The translations under genes were made by a program, and so were the position numbers. From the human T2T-CHM13v2.0 reference genome, Homo sapiens, in the NCBI RefSeq assembly GCF_009914755.1, contig NC_060935.1: a stretch of DNA of 64,000 bases. One strand, 5' to 3'. Below are positions 61,164 to 64,000 of the stretch, piece by piece (within the stretch, counting starts at the first letter, position 1; each line of letters opens with the position of its first letter). A model generated the notes under the pieces. That model saw only the letters and a list, made by a program, of their open reading frames with translations. It made no database searches and was not told the DNA's origin.

Positions 61164-62478
61164 GTGTGGGCATGGGCATGTGACCCACAAAGGGCCAAAG
61201 TCCTGCCACGGGATTTGATACGTGGACACTGGGAGAGAGTATGTGCTGCTTCCTTTTGGATCAAGATTTCCATGGCCATCTTCCTTTCCACAGGGAGAGA
61301 TCCTGTGTATGGCAGGAGGAATGAAGCCAACAGCAAAAAGAATCGGAGCCCAAGCAGAGCCAGCTAAGAAATAAAGACAGAGACAGCAAGCCCTGAAAAC
61401 TTTATCTGAGCGTCAAGATCTAGCCATGCCTATTAGTTCCATGAGCCAATAATTCGATTTTTGTTTTTTCTAATATAGGTTATAGTCAGGTTTTGGTCAC
61501 CTACAGTGGAGTTCTGATAGATACTTAAGGGCTTGTTTTCCTTACACGACATAATACCACCATACATAATTATTTTTAAAAAGGGAACACTAGCCTGTAT
61601 TGTGTAGTTACCATGTGCCAGGCAATTTGGTAAGTGCTTTCACATGTGAGCTCTCATTGACTTCTTATAACAACGCTCTGAGGTTGGCATTATTATCCTC
61701 ACTTTACCAAGAACACAGACACATTTGATGCCAGTAGATTGCTTGCTGAGGTACAGTATTTGATGGCAGAATGAAGCAGCTAAAGGGATTAGGGCAAGTG
61801 GACTGTTCAGGGCCATTTTCTCACCCACCTCGCTCCCTAAGAAAGAAGGATGGCAGAGTATACTGTCAGGGCACACTTAATCCCTTTTCTGGGAAAGAGG
61901 ACATGTACTGATCAGAAATCCCCACTGTTCCCTCTTCTGGGCAGTGGGGAGTGGCGGTCCTGGAGTTCTTGCCCAGCTGCCCAGCAGAGAGTGGACGAGC
62001 AGCTGAGGCACACTGACGAACAGCCTGGGTTAATCCAGGCTGCAGCTTGCAACTCCCTTGCAGGACCCATCCAGGATTTCCTTCAGAAGTATCACATCAC
62101 AGCAGCTGGCTGGCTTGACTTTGCCAACTGCTTGACCCCTAGCTGCACAGGAAACTTCAGCAGGTAGAACTTGGCCAGCCTCAGGAGTAGACACACCCTG
62201 ACCTCCTTAGGATAGAACAGAAAGGCTTGCACAAACAGGGCTTGCACAATAGAGGATGAGAAAGCGGCCAGGGAAAATAATCCTCCACATCCATTAACCC
62301 TCACCTTGACACATCAGCCCTTTGAGTTGTGGATTGAAGACAAAGAACTACCATATTAATAGCTGTTACTTATTGGACAACTCCTGTATCTCATTCCATT
62401 TATTATAATAGCTCTTATTATCAATTATTGTGTGCCAGATACTTTACCTAAATAATAATAATTATTATATTATATATA

Positions 62479-62507
<29 letters not shown>

Positions 62508-62526
<19 letters not shown>

Positions 62527-62804
62527 TGAAACAGTCTCACTCTATTGCCCAGGCTGGAGTGCAGTGATGCAATCTCAGCTCACTGCAACCTCCGCCTCCC
62601 AGCTCAAGCAATTCTCCTGCCTCAGCCTCCTAAGTAGCTGGGATTACAGGCACCTGCCACCACACCCAGATAATTTTTGTATATTTAGTAGACACAGGGT
62701 TTCACCATATTGTCCAGGCTGGTCTCGAACTCCTGACCTCAAGTGATCTGCCTGCCTCAGCCTTCCAAAGTGCTGGGATTATAGGCATGAGCCACTGCAC
62801 CAGC
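62508..62804 (-). mobile_element. AluS with (TA)n-extended tail
   Basis: Full dimer preceded by a T-run and (TA)n. Confidence 0.9.
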
Positions 62805-64000
62805 CTAATTATTTCTAATTATCAGAAACCTTGCAAAGTACACATTAAATATTACCTACTATTTTATAGACAAAGAGACCAAGATGACTAGAGGTTACAA
62901 AATGATGAACACTAGGAGGGAAGGGGAATTTGCACCTGGTCTGTCTCTATTTCCACCCACTACCATGTGAGATGGGAGATGAAGCAGGAGGAGAGGGGCA
63001 ATATTTTTCCAGCCTTCAGCAGTTGGACAGGACAGGTCAAGCCACTGGAAATGGAACATGAATCTTGAATCCCTCTTCAAACTTTTTGAAGGCAGGGAAT
63101 TGTGTTATTTTGTATTTACATGGTATACATCAGCACATAACTCATACTTGGCCCAGAGCAGGAGCTCATTGATGTTTGTAGAATGAATGAGTAAATGAGT
63201 CCAGGTGTCTCTTGCTTTCAGTAAAACAGGAAAAGACTGAAGGGGCACTGATTTGATGATGTCCTCTCTTTAAGTTGCTTCCTGGAACTCTTAGAAGTCA
63301 TATGAACTCTTATGGGCATCTACCTTACCTTTTAGTACAATGGAGTAGAAGTTCACCCAATTTCACGGTAAATTTTATAGGATTGCTTTACCTAATGCCA
63401 CCATAGGGGTCTAAAACAGGTAGTGCATGTTTCAAAAAATTGTCTCTACTGGACTTTCTTCTTGAGGCAGGGAAAAAATTCTGATTTCACAAACTTGAGG
63501 GTTTTCTTGCTGGGCCTTAACCAGGCAGTAATAAGCGCTGGGTGCTGAGAAAGTTAAGCAGAGACCTTTAAAATGGGGATGGAGGGCAAGGCAAGGAAGG
63601 AAAAATTGGGCACAAAGGTCAAAAGTTGGAGCTTTGCCTATTCTATTCCCTGGCCAGCAGGCAGGCCCTGAACTCAATTCCCTTTTGCTTGCTCTCTGGG
63701 GCAAGGCTGAGTTAGCAAGCTATAAATTCCACTAGTCCAAGTGTGAGGAATGTGGAGATGAATGTGGAGAAGTCTTCGTTCCAGAGGAAAGGGCACAACA
63801 GCGGGCCAGCTGGAGACGGAAGACAGAACATATCCCAAGTGCGAGCCAACAGAGATTTGAAATTAGAATCTGGGCTCAACCTGCACCTGGGTTTTAAGAA
63901 CTCTGTGATTGTAAGTGGATAGGGCTGTCAAGTAGTTGGAAGAAAGTGTGTAGAGTCCTGAGGTGACATGGAGTTGATTTGCCAAGAAAAATTATTAGCA

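Overview
Primate (almost certainly human) genomic DNA centred on FZD4 (frizzled-4, the Wnt/Norrin receptor). From recognition of the protein this is the 11q14.2 locus. FZD4 is on the minus strand with two coding exons (33927-33643 and 31312-29984; 285+1329 nt = 537 aa + stop), a 2.3-kb GT-AG intron, a CpG-island promoter (~33.6-35.2 kb) and a ~5.5-kb 3'UTR ending just after AATAAA at 24543-24538. The rest is repeat-dense: more than 25 Alus (one a pristine AluYc1-like copy), a 5'-complete but 3'-deleted L1PA7-like element, old L1M/L2/MIR fragments, a MER41A solo LTR, MaLR/ERVL LTRs and hAT DNA-transposon relics. I see no second protein-coding gene, RNA gene or CRISPR array, and no wholly new multi-gene system. 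The best leads are layers of regulation around FZD4: (1) a hairpin that could bury the weak intron-1 donor and control the intron-retaining, secreted 125-aa form; (2) plus-strand splice signals for an antisense transcript, one written inside FZD4's C-terminal codons; (3) a uORF; (4) a MIR-derived let-7 site and other 3'UTR seed matches; (5) an upstream L1 promoter that has lost its poly(A) end and points at FZD4. Repeat subfamily calls come from remembered consensus sequences and need RepeatMasker/Dfam confirmation. Repeat boundaries are approximate.
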